Positions 46,692 through 57,313 of a stretch of 64,000 nt of DNA are shown here, piece by piece. A program made the position numbers and the translations under genes. The notes under the pieces are model-generated. The model did no database searches, was not told where the DNA came from, and saw only the letters and a program-made list of their open reading frames with translations. Numbering within the stretch: the first letter of the stretch is position 1; each line of letters begins with the position of its first letter. This DNA comes from Nitrospirota bacterium (GTDB lineage Bacteria > Nitrospirota > Nitrospiria > Nitrospirales > UBA8639). The stretch lies in NCBI GenBank assembly GCA_029864405.1, contig JAOTTP010000004.1, forward strand, positions 22,047 to 86,046. Reading direction: 5' to 3'.

Positions 46692-47254
46692 TGGACATGG
46701 AACCAGCCAACCGGCGTATTTTGGTGATTGATGATAATGTGGCCATCCACGATGATTTTCGCAAAATTCTTGAGCGTTCATTAGACACCTCGCTGCTGCA
46801 AGAAGTTCGGGCGGAATTGTTTGATGATGTGGAAGAACAAAAAATTGTAGAAAAGTTTGAGGTAGAAACTGCGGACCAAGGGCAAATGGGGCATCGGATG
46901 GTGCAAGATGCAATGAAGGCTGAACGGCCGTATGCGGTTGCCTTTGTGGATATGCGCATGCCTCCCGGTTGGGATGGTGTCGAGACCGTGGAGCATCTGT
47001 GGCAAGAAGATCCTGATTTGCAGGTGGTGATTTGTACGGCTTTTTCGGATCATGCGTGGGAAGATGTCATTCAACGATTGAATAAGAATGGCCAGCTCCT
47101 CATCCTGCGAAAGCCCTTTGATAATATTGAAGTGTGGCAGCTGGCGAATTCCCTGACCAAACGTTGGGCGGAATCGCGTCAAGCGAAATCTCAGTTGGAA
47201 TTATTAGCCAAATGGGCAGAAGAACGGGCCGAAGAAACCATAAAAGCTAACTGA
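46691..47254 (+). CDS. Response regulator (long-insert REC subfamily)
   Basis: ILVIDD, FVDMRMPPGWDG, CTA, RKPF. Confidence 0.88.
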   Translation: MDMEPANRRILVIDDNVAIHDDFRKILERSLDTSLLQEVRAELFDDVEEQKIVEKFEVETADQGQMGHRMVQDAMKAERPYAVAFVDMRMPPGWDGVETVEHLWQEDPDLQVVICTAFSDHAWEDVIQRLNKNGQLLILRKPFDNIEVWQLANSLTKRWAESRQAKSQLELLAKWAEERAEETIKAN

Positions 47255-47493
47255 CATCTGGCCATCTCTCATACTCTGGAGATTCCCCCGTATGGGAAAT
47301 TCCCTTTCATGAAAGGGTATTTGTGGTGAAGGTGATCGACATCCTTGCCTGAGCGTGCGATACATCGTTTTGCCTGGGGAGCGTCGGTTCACGCGATTCT
47401 GTGAATCAGATGCCATGCATATTCAAGAAGAAACTTCATTCATCCACCATGGGGTGCTGTTCTTCCATTTCATGAGTTGTTTGTCGTCTATCA

Positions 47494-48821
47494 TTGATCT
47501 TGTCTGCCTATCCTCCTCATGTGATGGTTCACGTCATGCCGGAATCTAATTGTCAGGTGACTTCAGAACTCCCGCTTCTTCGCGTGGGGATGGTAGGGCT
47601 TCAGGAAGGTGATCTTTCCCCCTCCTGTCGAAGGGTGTTGGCTTCCCAGAGTTCTATGCTTCAGATCACCTGGCTTGATCCTGCCTCAATGGATCTCTCC
47701 TGGCTTGACTCCGAAAACCCATATGATCTCATTCTCGTTGACTGTCGCGTGAAGCGGGGGGGGAAGGACATCGCGTGCGCTATCAAAAAAGTCTGTGGCA
47801 ATGCGCTCATTTTGGGATTGATTGATGAGGATAGTTCCGATGTCGAGGGTAGGGACGAACCTGCTTTCGATTGGCTGGTCAATGAACATATGGCGGGTAT
47901 CGCGATGCCATGGGCCATTCGAGAGGGGTTGGTTCGACGTCGGGGCTTGATCGAACGGGAGCAATTGCGCAGGCAGGTGGAAGATGCCTCTTACAATAAT
48001 GAGATGGCGGATGTCGCCTCAACCGTATTGCACAATGTGGGCAATGTGCTCAATAGCGTCAATGTGGCGGTGCATGTGGTTCATGAGTTGATTAATCAGT
48101 CTTCGGTGATTTGGTTCATCGAATTGCGGAACTGTTAAAAGGACATGATGAGAATTGGGAAATCTTCCTGACTCAGGATCCCAAAGGGAAACGGATTCCG
48201 CCGGCGATTATGAAATTGGGGAGCCACCTCATAGAAGAGCAACAGACCGTGCTAAAAGAATTGGAAGGCCTGGTTCGCAATATTGATCACGTCAAGCAAA
48301 TTATCATTTCACATCAGACGATGGCAAAGTCTCGGGGTATGCGTGAGTCTCTCTCTGTCGTGGAACTTCTGGACCAAGCGGTGGAGTTAAGTTTTCAACC
48401 TGGAGATGCGAAGTGGATCAGGATCCAACGAGACTATCAGGCTGTGCCGGCTGTCGTGACCGATAGGCATCAGTTGCTCCAAATCCTCGTGAATCTGCTG
48501 CGAAATGCTAAGCAAGCGATGCAATTACAGGGCGGAGTTGATCATCTGCTCACCATACGAGTCAAAGGCCGAACAGATGATGAGTTGTCCGTTGTCATCA
48601 CAATTCGAGATACGGGCATGGGCATTGCGCCTGAACATTTGGCCAGGATGTTTACTCGCGGGTTTACGACCAAACACGATGGCAATGGGATTGGTCTGCA
48701 TAGTTCGATGGTCACGATTCATCGTATGGGTGGATTGTTGCAGGCCCATAGCGAAGGGGTTGGCGCCGGCGCGACCTTGACACTGATCCTTCCGGTTGAG
48801 GCAGGGGCAGGACAGACATGA
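47494..48821 (+). pseudogene. Histidine kinase split by a 1-nt frameshift near 48110 (pseudogene or sequencing error)
   Basis: H-box VLHNVGNVLNS is in 47494..48138 and HATPase in 48111..48821; adding one T to GTGATTTGG gives the continuous reading SVILVHRIAEL. Confidence 0.75.
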
Positions 48822-50280
48822 ATCCCGTCTGTACGCTCAATCGACGGATCTTAGTGATTGATGATAGCCCGAACATTTTACAGGATTTTCGGAAAATTTT
48901 GTGTCCCGCAGACAGTTTCATTTCCAATGGGTGGGCTGAGTGCAGTCATGATCTGTTTGATGAGCCTTTTCCGCATCGTGGCAAAGAACCCTTCGATCTC
49001 GATTGTGTGGATAATGGGATGTCAGGGTGTGACCTAGTCACCCAGGCTAAGGCGCAGGGTTCTCCCTTTGCGGTGGTGTTCTTGGATGTGCAATTGCCCA
49101 ATGGTTGGGACGGGATTGAAACGGTTGAACGAATTTGGGATGAGGATTCTAGCGTGCAGGTGGTGTTGTGTACGGCCTATCCTGATTTTGGTTGGTCGGA
49201 GGTGTTGCCTCGCTTAGGACACCGGGATCAATTATTAATTCTTCGGAAGCCCTTTGATCCCATAGAGGTGTGGCAATTGTCTACGGCTTTGACGATGAAG
49301 TGGCATTGGACTCAGCAAGCCCGGTTACGGGTCCAGGAACTCGAGCAGACCGTTACGACTCGCACTGGCCTCCTTGAAGAAACCAACCGTCGTTTAGAGC
49401 AGGATTTGCTCAAGCGGCAAGCAGTTGAGGTGCAGTTGGCTCAAGTGGTCCGTGATGTCGAAGAACGAAATCTCGAACTTTCTGCTGTGCGGGATCACGC
49501 TTTACATGAAATCCATGAACGGGAACGGATAGAAATCATTTTGCGTCACAAAACCGAAGAATTGGCCAGGTCGAATCATGACTTGGAGCAATTTGCGTCG
49601 GTGGCTGCGCATGATTTACAGGAGCCGCTTCATTCCATCCAGGTATTTCTTGACCTCTTGCGGGTGAAATATGGATCAGCCCTCAACGAAAATGGCCTGG
49701 GATATGTTGATCGAGTCAAGAAAGCGGCAGGTCGTATGCAACAGCTGATTCAGAGCCTGTTGGTGTATTCCAGGGTCGATTCGCCGCACACGGCAGATGA
49801 GCCGCTTGTCTTGCCCGAGTTGGTTGAGGAAATCCTGTCGGATCTCGGCGCACGGATTGCTGAATTACAGGCGGTCGTTCAGGTTGGAGAATTACCCACC
49901 ATTCATGGAAATGCGTGTCAAATCCGGCAATTGTTACAAAATTTACTGGGTAATGCCTTGAAATTTCATCAGCCGGGGGTGCCACCGGTCATTCACATTT
50001 CTGGAACGATTATTCAGGATCGGCGTCACACTGGTTCATGCCAATCTGGCGGCTCTGCCAAATCGAAATTCATGATCAGGGGATAGGCATTCCCTCAGAA
50101 CAGTGCGAAAAAATTTTTGGGATGTTCAAACGGCTGCATCGGAAGGATGAATACGAAGGGACGGGGATTGGGTTGGCGGTGTGTCAACGCATTGTCGAGC
50201 AGTGCGGCGGTGCCATTTCAGTTCGATCCAAGTTGGGAGAAGGGTCCACGTTTATGGTCACGCTTCCCATTCAGCCTTAA
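48818..50280 (+). pseudogene. REC-HisKA-HATPase hybrid kinase split by a 1-nt frameshift near 50050
   Basis: AHDLQEPL and NLLGNALKF are in 48818..50086; DQGIG, FKRLH and GTGIGL continue in another frame to 50280. Confidence 0.78.
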
Positions 50281-50466
50281 TGTCAGTTGGCAGCCAATTC
50301 CAAAGATGACCCTCAGGACTTTACCGGTTGCGAAAGCCATGGATGGTTGCCGCCTGGTTTGTGGCTTTGTGCACCAGTTTTTGTGCGTTCATCCTTTTCT
50401 CCGGATGAATGACATGTCCGAAGGCATTCGATTCTGGTGCATTGGGGATCCGTTTTCTCCGAATGC

Positions 50467-52338
50467 ATGATTGGTTTATCCAGATATTTTATGGCACTGA
50501 TTCCTGCTCATCGCCTTGTCTTACTGGTCGGGATGCATCCTGAAACGCAAGTCATGTTGTGCGAGGCGTTGTCTGCGTCGGTTGTGGATTCGGGGCCTGT
50601 AGAGAGCTCATTAAAGGGCAAAAGTTTCGCGAGCTCTGGCGTTCAACCGTCTTTACCTCAGTTCACCCTTGTTAGCGTGGAAATGGGGCCTCATGTCTTG
50701 GCGAAGGTCGCAGAGGCTCAAACCACTGGCAATCCTTTTACTCTCGTCGTGATCGATGGGCGTTCAGGGAAATGGGAGGTGGCGCGAGACCTGGTTGAGC
50801 GGCTGTGGGAACGCGATCAGACCCTTCGGTGCATCTTCTGCCTTCCGCCTGATCGTGCATCATGGCCGCATCGCTTGATTATGAGCCGGCCCCAGCAATG
50901 GGCCGTACTTCGGATCCCATTTCTTGGAGAAGAGGCCTTTCAATTAGCCTGTTGTTTGAGCATGTCGTTTCCGAATTCTGTTGAGCCTGTGTTCAATGAG
51001 GCAACCTCCTCTGGGGAAAACGATTGTTTCTCTGAACGCCACCTGGATACCCATGCCAATAACGGTGAAGAGACGACGGGAGCATTGGAATCGGCTCGCG
51101 ATGAATTAGCCGCTTCCAGGTATTATGTCGATAATATTCTCCGATCGATGGCGGATTCCCTGTTAGTCATCAACGCCGATATGACCATTGGTGCGGTGAA
51201 TCCTTCCTTGTTGAAGCTTTTAGGCTATCAAGAGCATGAACTCATCGGAGAGTCGCCAGGCTTGATTTTTGGCGAAGAATTTTCCCAAGGAGCTATCATC
51301 GAAAATCTTTTACTTCAAGGATCGGTGAGTGGCGTGGAATCCAGTTTCCTGACTCATGAGGGTCAGAAAATTACCATTTCGGTCTCTGGTTCGATGATGC
51401 AGGATCTTCAAGGGCAATTTCAGGGTTTGGTGTGTGTGGCACAAGATATCACCGAACGAAAACGGATGGAAGAAGAGAAGCTGCAGTTGCATGAGCAGTT
51501 ATTGGAAACGTCACGGCAGCTGGGAATGGCAGAAGTGGCGACGGGTGTGCTGCATAACGTGGGCAATGTGTTAAATAGCATTAATGTATCAATCGGAGTC
51601 ATCACGGATCTGTTGAAACATTCGATGGTGGGGGATGTGGGTCGGATCTCACAGTTATTGGGCAAGCATCGTGAAGATCTTGGAACGTACTTATCGCAGA
51701 ATCCCAAGGGGAAACAAGTCCCTGGTTACTTGGAAAGATTATCGGGGCAATTGATGGAGGAGAAGCGAGTGGCCCTGTTGGAATTGGACCGCTTGCGGGA
51801 GAATGCCGGGCATGCTCAGCAATGTGTTGCGGCGCAACAGGATCTGGCCAAGCCCAGCGGGATGACGGAACCGGTATGTGTGGCTGAGGTGGTAGACGAG
51901 GCCCTGGCAGTCAATCGAGATGTGTTGGAGGAAAACAAAATTGAGGTGATTCAGGAGTTTCAGGAGGTGCCGCAGCTCATTGTGGATAAGCATCAACTCC
52001 TTCAAATTTTGGTGGATGTCATTCGCAATGCCTGTCAGGCGATGGAGTCGGTTTCACAGAGGCGCTTAGTTGTGCGTGTCAAACTCATCATTGGCCCTCC
52101 GGATTCTCTTTGTCTGGAAGTTCAGGATACCGGCAGTGGTATTCCTCCTGACGACCTTACGAAAATTTTTGGGCAAGGGTATAGCACCAAATATGGAGGA
52201 CGAGGATTGAGTCTGCATCATGGTGCGTTGATGGCCAAAAATATGGGTGGGGCTCTTCGCGCTCATAGTGAGGGCGTGGGGCAAGGCGCAACGTTTTTTC
52301 TTGACCTGCCAGGGAATTTTCATTTTCCCGATTTATAA
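50467..52338 (+). CDS. Pseudo-REC-PAS-histidine kinase; start uncertain
   Basis: Degenerate REC, PAS ending QDITERK, GMAEVATGVLHNVGNVLNS, QNPKGK, DTGSG, GRGLSL. Confidence 0.85.
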   Translation: MIGLSRYFMALIPAHRLVLLVGMHPETQVMLCEALSASVVDSGPVESSLKGKSFASSGVQPSLPQFTLVSVEMGPHVLAKVAEAQTTGNPFTLVVIDGRSGKWEVARDLVERLWERDQTLRCIFCLPPDRASWPHRLIMSRPQQWAVLRIPFLGEEAFQLACCLSMSFPNSVEPVFNEATSSGENDCFSERHLDTHANNGEETTGALESARDELAASRYYVDNILRSMADSLLVINADMTIGAVNPSLLKLLGYQEHELIGESPGLIFGEEFSQGAIIENLLLQGSVSGVESSFLTHEGQKITISVSGSMMQDLQGQFQGLVCVAQDITERKRMEEEKLQLHEQLLETSRQLGMAEVATGVLHNVGNVLNSINVSIGVITDLLKHSMVGDVGRISQLLGKHREDLGTYLSQNPKGKQVPGYLERLSGQLMEEKRVALLELDRLRENAGHAQQCVAAQQDLAKPSGMTEPVCVAEVVDEALAVNRDVLEENKIEVIQEFQEVPQLIVDKHQLLQILVDVIRNACQAMESVSQRRLVVRVKLIIGPPDSLCLEVQDTGSGIPPDDLTKIFGQGYSTKYGGRGLSLHHGALMAKNMGGALRAHSEGVGQGATFFLDLPGNFHFPDL

Positions 52339-52532
52339 ATTCTTCATCCAGCGATTTCAGTCGTTCTTTTTGAACGTCTCTTCGTGAGTGTTGCGTTGTT
52401 CTGTTGTCTCTTCCTTTTCTTTAGCATTATTCATGTCCTGTCTTACGGGTTCGCACCTCAAGAGTCAGTCTGGTGAAACCGAGAAAAATTTGAAGGTGTG
52501 AGAGGAAGCTTTCAGGCCTCTTCAATCCTTCT

Positions 52533-53402
52533 GTGTTTCTTGGAGTATCTCACGTGACTGAATATTGGCGTCGAACAGATGATGACTCTTGGAGTGGGGA
52601 TGGAGAAAGGACCCATGCGAATAGGGTGTCTTCGTTTCATGCTGGGGAGCCACTGGCGCCCTGGTCCAGATCTTTTTCTCCTCGGTTGTTGATAAGAGGG
52701 CAGACAAATTTTGATGGGCTTCAATCCCAAGAGTTATCTCATCTTGACCGTGAGGTGGAAGTGCATGTACAGGCAGTAGCGGGTGATGCAGGAATGATCC
52801 CGGTTGATCTGGAGCGTGCTTTAGACGTTGGGGTCGAAGTGTTTCTCCTATCCGAGGGATGTGCAGGAGATTCTTCCCGTATTGCCGCTTTATGGCGGCA
52901 TAGCCTAGGAACGGGATACCTGGCTGCGCTGATTTCCTTGAATCAGGGGTCGGATCAACGCATGGTTTGGCAATCGTTTGTGGGAGGGGTGCTTCATGAT
53001 ATTGGCATGCTCGTGTTTTTGACTCAGGAGCCGGAGATGTTTACGACGGTCGTGAAAATAGCACAATGTCGGGGATGGGACTTGGCGGTGCTGGAAAGAC
53101 AGGTATTCGGATGCACTCATGGTGAAAGTGGAGCCACTTTCCTGGCGCGATGGGGTATCGATGAGGTGTTACTTGCCATTGTGGCGTTCCATGATGATCC
53201 ATCGAAAGCTCCCCATGCGGCCTTCGGCCCTTTGACGGCGGTGTATGCGGCCAATTTTGTTGAGGGGGGAGGAATCGCTCAGGATGGGGATGGAGTCATT
53301 GGGAGAGAGGGAGAAGCGTATTTAACCCGTTTAGGACTGTGGGATGATCTACCGCTTTGGCAAGGCTGGATGCGAAGTATTCAGCAATTGGCGATTCACT
53401 AA
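52533..53402 (+). CDS. HDOD-domain protein (N-terminus atypical)
   Basis: LWRHSL, GVLHDIGML, ERQVFGCTHGESGA.FLARWG, AFHDDP. Confidence 0.75.
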   Translation: MFLGVSHVTEYWRRTDDDSWSGDGERTHANRVSSFHAGEPLAPWSRSFSPRLLIRGQTNFDGLQSQELSHLDREVEVHVQAVAGDAGMIPVDLERALDVGVEVFLLSEGCAGDSSRIAALWRHSLGTGYLAALISLNQGSDQRMVWQSFVGGVLHDIGMLVFLTQEPEMFTTVVKIAQCRGWDLAVLERQVFGCTHGESGATFLARWGIDEVLLAIVAFHDDPSKAPHAAFGPLTAVYAANFVEGGGIAQDGDGVIGREGEAYLTRLGLWDDLPLWQGWMRSIQQLAIH

Positions 53403-53739
53403 ACACTTGAATCGCTCAACGCATGATGCATGGGTCCGAATGGCCTTGAATTTTCCTCGCGTGTTTTCACGCAGATGTTTCTCCTTACCTTCGTCAGCAT
53501 TTGCCACGCCAATTTTCCTTCTCTGTTGCTTCAGTCAAGTCTGAATATCAGGAATTCGTTGGGTTCCCATTACCAGAGAGAGCGTGTAGGATTTGCCTGA
53601 AGGGTGCGTGCTCTTGTTTTCCAAAGGAGGGGGATGATGGTCATGCCTCCGGACGATTCGTCTTGTGACGTTTCTGATCTAAATTTCCTGGTATTCTGGT
53701 GATTGTATGCGAGACGAATACTGGGTAAGCTGGTAGATA

Positions 53740-56010
53740 ATGATATTGAGGAGAGTCATGAGGATTCTGTCGATACACCTGATTGGCGGAGTGATCGTGG
53801 GGGGATGCATCCTTTTCCTTCCTCAAACCGTCGTCTCCTTAGACCCTCCTTCTGCTCCGTGTCAAAATGCTGAAGGGTGTGTTGCGCAATTCCTTGAGCA
53901 ACTAGAATCATCTAGAGCTGATTCTGGAGCTACCTTGGATCATGCCAAGTCTTTCAATCAGATCGTCGCAGCCTATGGTGATACGGCGTTGGCAAAACGT
54001 GCCAGGTTCCGTTATGCATATTGGCTCAAGGAATCCTCCCCTCTTGAGGCAATTCCTCTTTTGCAAGCCGCTCTTCATAATTTCCCTGTTCTGGGGGATT
54101 ATCTCACCTTTTGGTTAGGGCAGGCGTATGCCCATGCTGGCTTAGGGAAGGAGGCGACAGAGGCGTTTCAACAGTTGAATGAGCACTATGCCGATTCATT
54201 GCTTCGGGCTGAAGCACTCTATGCAGCTGGGGATGTTTTGACAAAAATGGGGGATTGTGACGCAGCTCTCTCGATGTGGTCTCAGGCTCTCAGCATAGAA
54301 TCTGATCATCCCAAAGCCGCAGAAGCGTTCTTCCAAATGGGTCTATGTGCGGCTCAACTGGGACAACGGGAAAAGGCTATTGAGATTTTCCGTGAATTAT
54401 GGTGGAAATTCCCCTTAGCCCCAGAGCGGGTGCAGGCTGAGCCGTGGCTGCGCCGGGAATTGGGTTCCTTGTTTTTGCCATCGCTGGAAGAACGGTACCA
54501 GCGGAGCATGGCTTTGTATAACGGGGGGGCTTTGGAGGAAGCCGTTCAGGAATTTCAACGCATTGCGTCTTTATCTTCCCCCACTCCTCAGTTTTTTCAA
54601 ATCCAACACACGTTGGCCATGGCCTTGGTTCGTTTGAAGCGGTATGACCAGGCAGAAGCGATTTTGACCTCATTGTCGCGTTCCTCCTCCTCCAGAACAG
54701 ATGATGCATGGGTCTGGTTGGGACGAGTGTATTTGCGTCAGGGCAAAGGGCCGGAATTGGAGGCTCTTGTCCGAACCCTCTCGATTGATACAGTAACCGG
54801 TGATCAACAATCGTTGCTCTTCACCTTTTACGGAATTTGGCTGGAAGATCATTCCCGCTGGCTGGAGGCTGGGAAGGCTTATAAGCGGGCAGGCGCTGTG
54901 GCTCACACGCTGACGCAACGGTTGGATGCGCTTTGGCGAGTGGGGTGGATTCACTATCAACAGAATCAATTCATTGAAGCCATTGAGACGTTTCAGGAGA
55001 TTATCCAGGCAGCCGGAACTCCTCAAACCGATTCTTCCCTGCATGCGGCCTCACAGGCTTCCTATTGGCTGGCCCGTGCTCAGGAGCATCTTGGGCAGAG
55101 GGAACCCGCGAGACAAGGTTTGAAAAAGTTAAGCCAGGACTACCCATTTACCTACTATGGGCAGTTGGCAGACCTTCGACTTGGTCCCACAGAATTCTCG
55201 ACGAAACAATGGGCCGTGTTGACATCAACTGACACGATGAATGTGGGGACTCCCGCTCATCTCCAGCATGATATTCATTATCAAAAAATTCAAGCGTTGC
55301 GAACCCTTCGCCTGTACAAGGAGGCCGTCCAAGAGCTAGAGGTTGTCTTTACCCGCTTCGGAGCGGACCCCCAAGCTTTTCCTCAATTGGTCTCATTAGC
55401 AAGTGAAGTTGGAGCGTACGATGTCGGGATTCGATTATCTATTCGGCATTTTGGCGCGACGTTGCGGAAAGGACAGCTTCCTCCCTCGTCCGTTGCCTGG
55501 TTGGGGGCTTTTCCCATGGGCTACCAAAGGTTCATTAAATCTTTTTCCCCCAAGCATGTGGATCCATTTTTAGTCGCGGGGCTTATTCGTGAAGAAAGCC
55601 TGTACAGCGCTCGCGTGGTTTCCCCGGTTGGCGCGATTGGCCTGATGCAACTCATGCCGGCGACAGCCAAAAAAGTTGGTCGTCAGTTGGGGTTGCAGGA
55701 TTCCGATTCTCATCGACAGGGCCTGGATGAACCAGAACGCAATATTCAATTGGGGACCTATTACCTGGGTCAATTACTGAATGAATTTCAAGGCAATATT
55801 ATTTATTCCGTGGCTGCATATAATGCTGGACCTCAGGCTGTCAAACGATGGATTGCGCAAAACGGTCAGCGAGATCCTGATGAATTTGTCGAGTTGATTG
55901 GATATCGAGAAACTCGTGGATACGTGAAACGAGTAGTCGGAAGCTATCGAATTTATCGGACTTTGTTTGGGGATGTCTGCCGTGGTGTTTCTCTTGACAG
56001 GTTTTGTTGA
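53740..56010 (+). CDS. slt: Soluble lytic murein transglycosylase with TPR repeats
   Basis: IREES, GAIGLMQLMPAT, AAYNAG, ETRGYVKRV; TPR N-terminus. Confidence 0.92.
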   Translation: MILRRVMRILSIHLIGGVIVGGCILFLPQTVVSLDPPSAPCQNAEGCVAQFLEQLESSRADSGATLDHAKSFNQIVAAYGDTALAKRARFRYAYWLKESSPLEAIPLLQAALHNFPVLGDYLTFWLGQAYAHAGLGKEATEAFQQLNEHYADSLLRAEALYAAGDVLTKMGDCDAALSMWSQALSIESDHPKAAEAFFQMGLCAAQLGQREKAIEIFRELWWKFPLAPERVQAEPWLRRELGSLFLPSLEERYQRSMALYNGGALEEAVQEFQRIASLSSPTPQFFQIQHTLAMALVRLKRYDQAEAILTSLSRSSSSRTDDAWVWLGRVYLRQGKGPELEALVRTLSIDTVTGDQQSLLFTFYGIWLEDHSRWLEAGKAYKRAGAVAHTLTQRLDALWRVGWIHYQQNQFIEAIETFQEIIQAAGTPQTDSSLHAASQASYWLARAQEHLGQREPARQGLKKLSQDYPFTYYGQLADLRLGPTEFSTKQWAVLTSTDTMNVGTPAHLQHDIHYQKIQALRTLRLYKEAVQELEVVFTRFGADPQAFPQLVSLASEVGAYDVGIRLSIRHFGATLRKGQLPPSSVAWLGAFPMGYQRFIKSFSPKHVDPFLVAGLIREESLYSARVVSPVGAIGLMQLMPATAKKVGRQLGLQDSDSHRQGLDEPERNIQLGTYYLGQLLNEFQGNIIYSVAAYNAGPQAVKRWIAQNGQRDPDEFVELIGYRETRGYVKRVVGSYRIYRTLFGDVCRGVSLDRFC

Positions 56011-56022
56011 ACGAATTATAGT
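55994..56022 (+). promoter_or_regulatory. sigma70 promoter of zapB-zapA overlapping the slt 3' end
   Basis: TTGACA-17 bp-TATAGT. Confidence 0.65.
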
Positions 56023-56053
56023 CCGGCTCGTTTGAGCTTGCGAATAAGGAGGC

Positions 56054-56293
56054 GTGCCTGTGAGCGTGGAAAAATTGGAAACGTTGGAGGTTCGGGTTAA
56101 GAAACTGCTTGATCTGGTCATTGAGCTACGGCAGAATAAATCCCATCTTGAGCAAGAGTTGGAATCGACTCGGGAACGGCTAGCCAAACACGAAGAATTG
56201 TCTGAAGGGTGGGAAGAAGAGCGGACGACGATTCGATCCAGAATTGAAAAAGTACTGGGCGAGCTTGAATTTTTAGACCGCTCGAACGATTAA
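56054..56293 (+). CDS. zapB: Cell division protein ZapB-like coiled coil
   Basis: LETLEVRVKKLLD..WEEERTTIRSRIEKVL heptads; directly upstream of zapA. Confidence 0.72.
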   Translation: MPVSVEKLETLEVRVKKLLDLVIELRQNKSHLEQELESTRERLAKHEELSEGWEEERTTIRSRIEKVLGELEFLDRSND

Positions 56294-56309
56294 CTTACGG
56301 AATTTAAGA

Positions 56310-56603
56310 ATGACGAGGACCATTGAAGTCGAAATCTTTGGTCATCGGATCTCTCTCCAAGGAGAGGGAGATGAGGCGTATTTTCATGAGTTGGCCGGGT
56401 ATGTTGATGCGCAAATGCGAACCCTGGCTCAAAAAACGCGAACAAGCACTCCCACCAAGTTGGCTCTTTTGGCCGCTATTAACATTACCGATCAGCTCTT
56501 TCGGCAAGAGAGACACCGGCAGTTTGGAGAAGCTGAGGTAGAGCGACGGACTCAAGTCTTACTCGAAACGATAGAAAAGCATCTCGAGACCAACCCGCAT
56601 TAA
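56310..56603 (+). CDS. zapA: Cell division protein ZapA
   Basis: VEIFG, ELAGYVDAQM, LALLAAINITDQL. Confidence 0.9.
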   Translation: MTRTIEVEIFGHRISLQGEGDEAYFHELAGYVDAQMRTLAQKTRTSTPTKLALLAAINITDQLFRQERHRQFGEAEVERRTQVLLETIEKHLETNPH

Positions 56604-56836
56604 CATTCTCGCCTTCGTATCCTCTCTCCCAGCGTTAGCTAGGTATTGCCTTTTAAATCAATTGGTTGAAGTGCTTCATCCCCTTCGTTGGCGGATGGTT
56701 GTTAGTCTATTCCCATCATTCGAAAGGCTTCATTATTGAAATACCTCATCGTCTTCTGATATTTTACTCTTCATAAGTTATTGAATTGCAAAGAAAGAAA
56801 GGAATATCCCTCTTGTTAGGGGGAATTGAGCTGGAG

Positions 56837-56878
56837 ACCCACTATGGCAAGGATTTTCATAGTCATTGTGGGTTTTTT
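56837..56878 (+). terminator. Intrinsic terminator-like hairpin in the zapA-rny spacer
   Basis: ACCCAC-T-ATGGC...GTCAT-T-GTGGGT followed by a T run. Confidence 0.5.
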
Positions 56879-57313
56879 GTATGAGGGGATCGTACGAGGT
56901 AGGAAACTTTCATTTGAGGGCAGGTTGAATTCTTGGAAATCGTTCTTGAAGAAGCAAATTGCTCATTTCTATCGGAATGGCTCACCTTTTGATCTGAAAA
57001 TTTTAAATTTTTGGCCTGTGTTGTATCCACGTCCTTCTTTGTTATGCAGTAACCGTGAAGGCTGGATTCATTGGGTGAGTCCTTTGCGGGATGCTATGAC
57101 CTCTTTTGGCTTAGAGAGTTGCTCTGCCTTTCCTCCTGTTCGTTCCCTACAAATCCGGGCCTTCTGTCCTATCAGATAGGCTTTTCTCCAGTTTTCGTTT
57201 TCCTTATCTTTCTTGGTTTCCCCTTATCGTTTGGTGGGCATGTTTCCGCCTGACAAAGGGAGAATGATTTTTTTTCTTAATGATGACATGAGGAAACGAA
57301 TAGGAGCTAACCT

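Noticed and set aside
56845-56862. sigma54-like TGGCAAGGATTTTCA (and a similar site near 44866-44880 on the minus strand)
   Set aside because: Each lacks one of the invariant GG/GC dinucleotides.
56826-57253. 117-aa and 60-aa ORFs between zapA and rny
   Set aside because: TTG starts, no motifs, and one spans a terminator-like hairpin.
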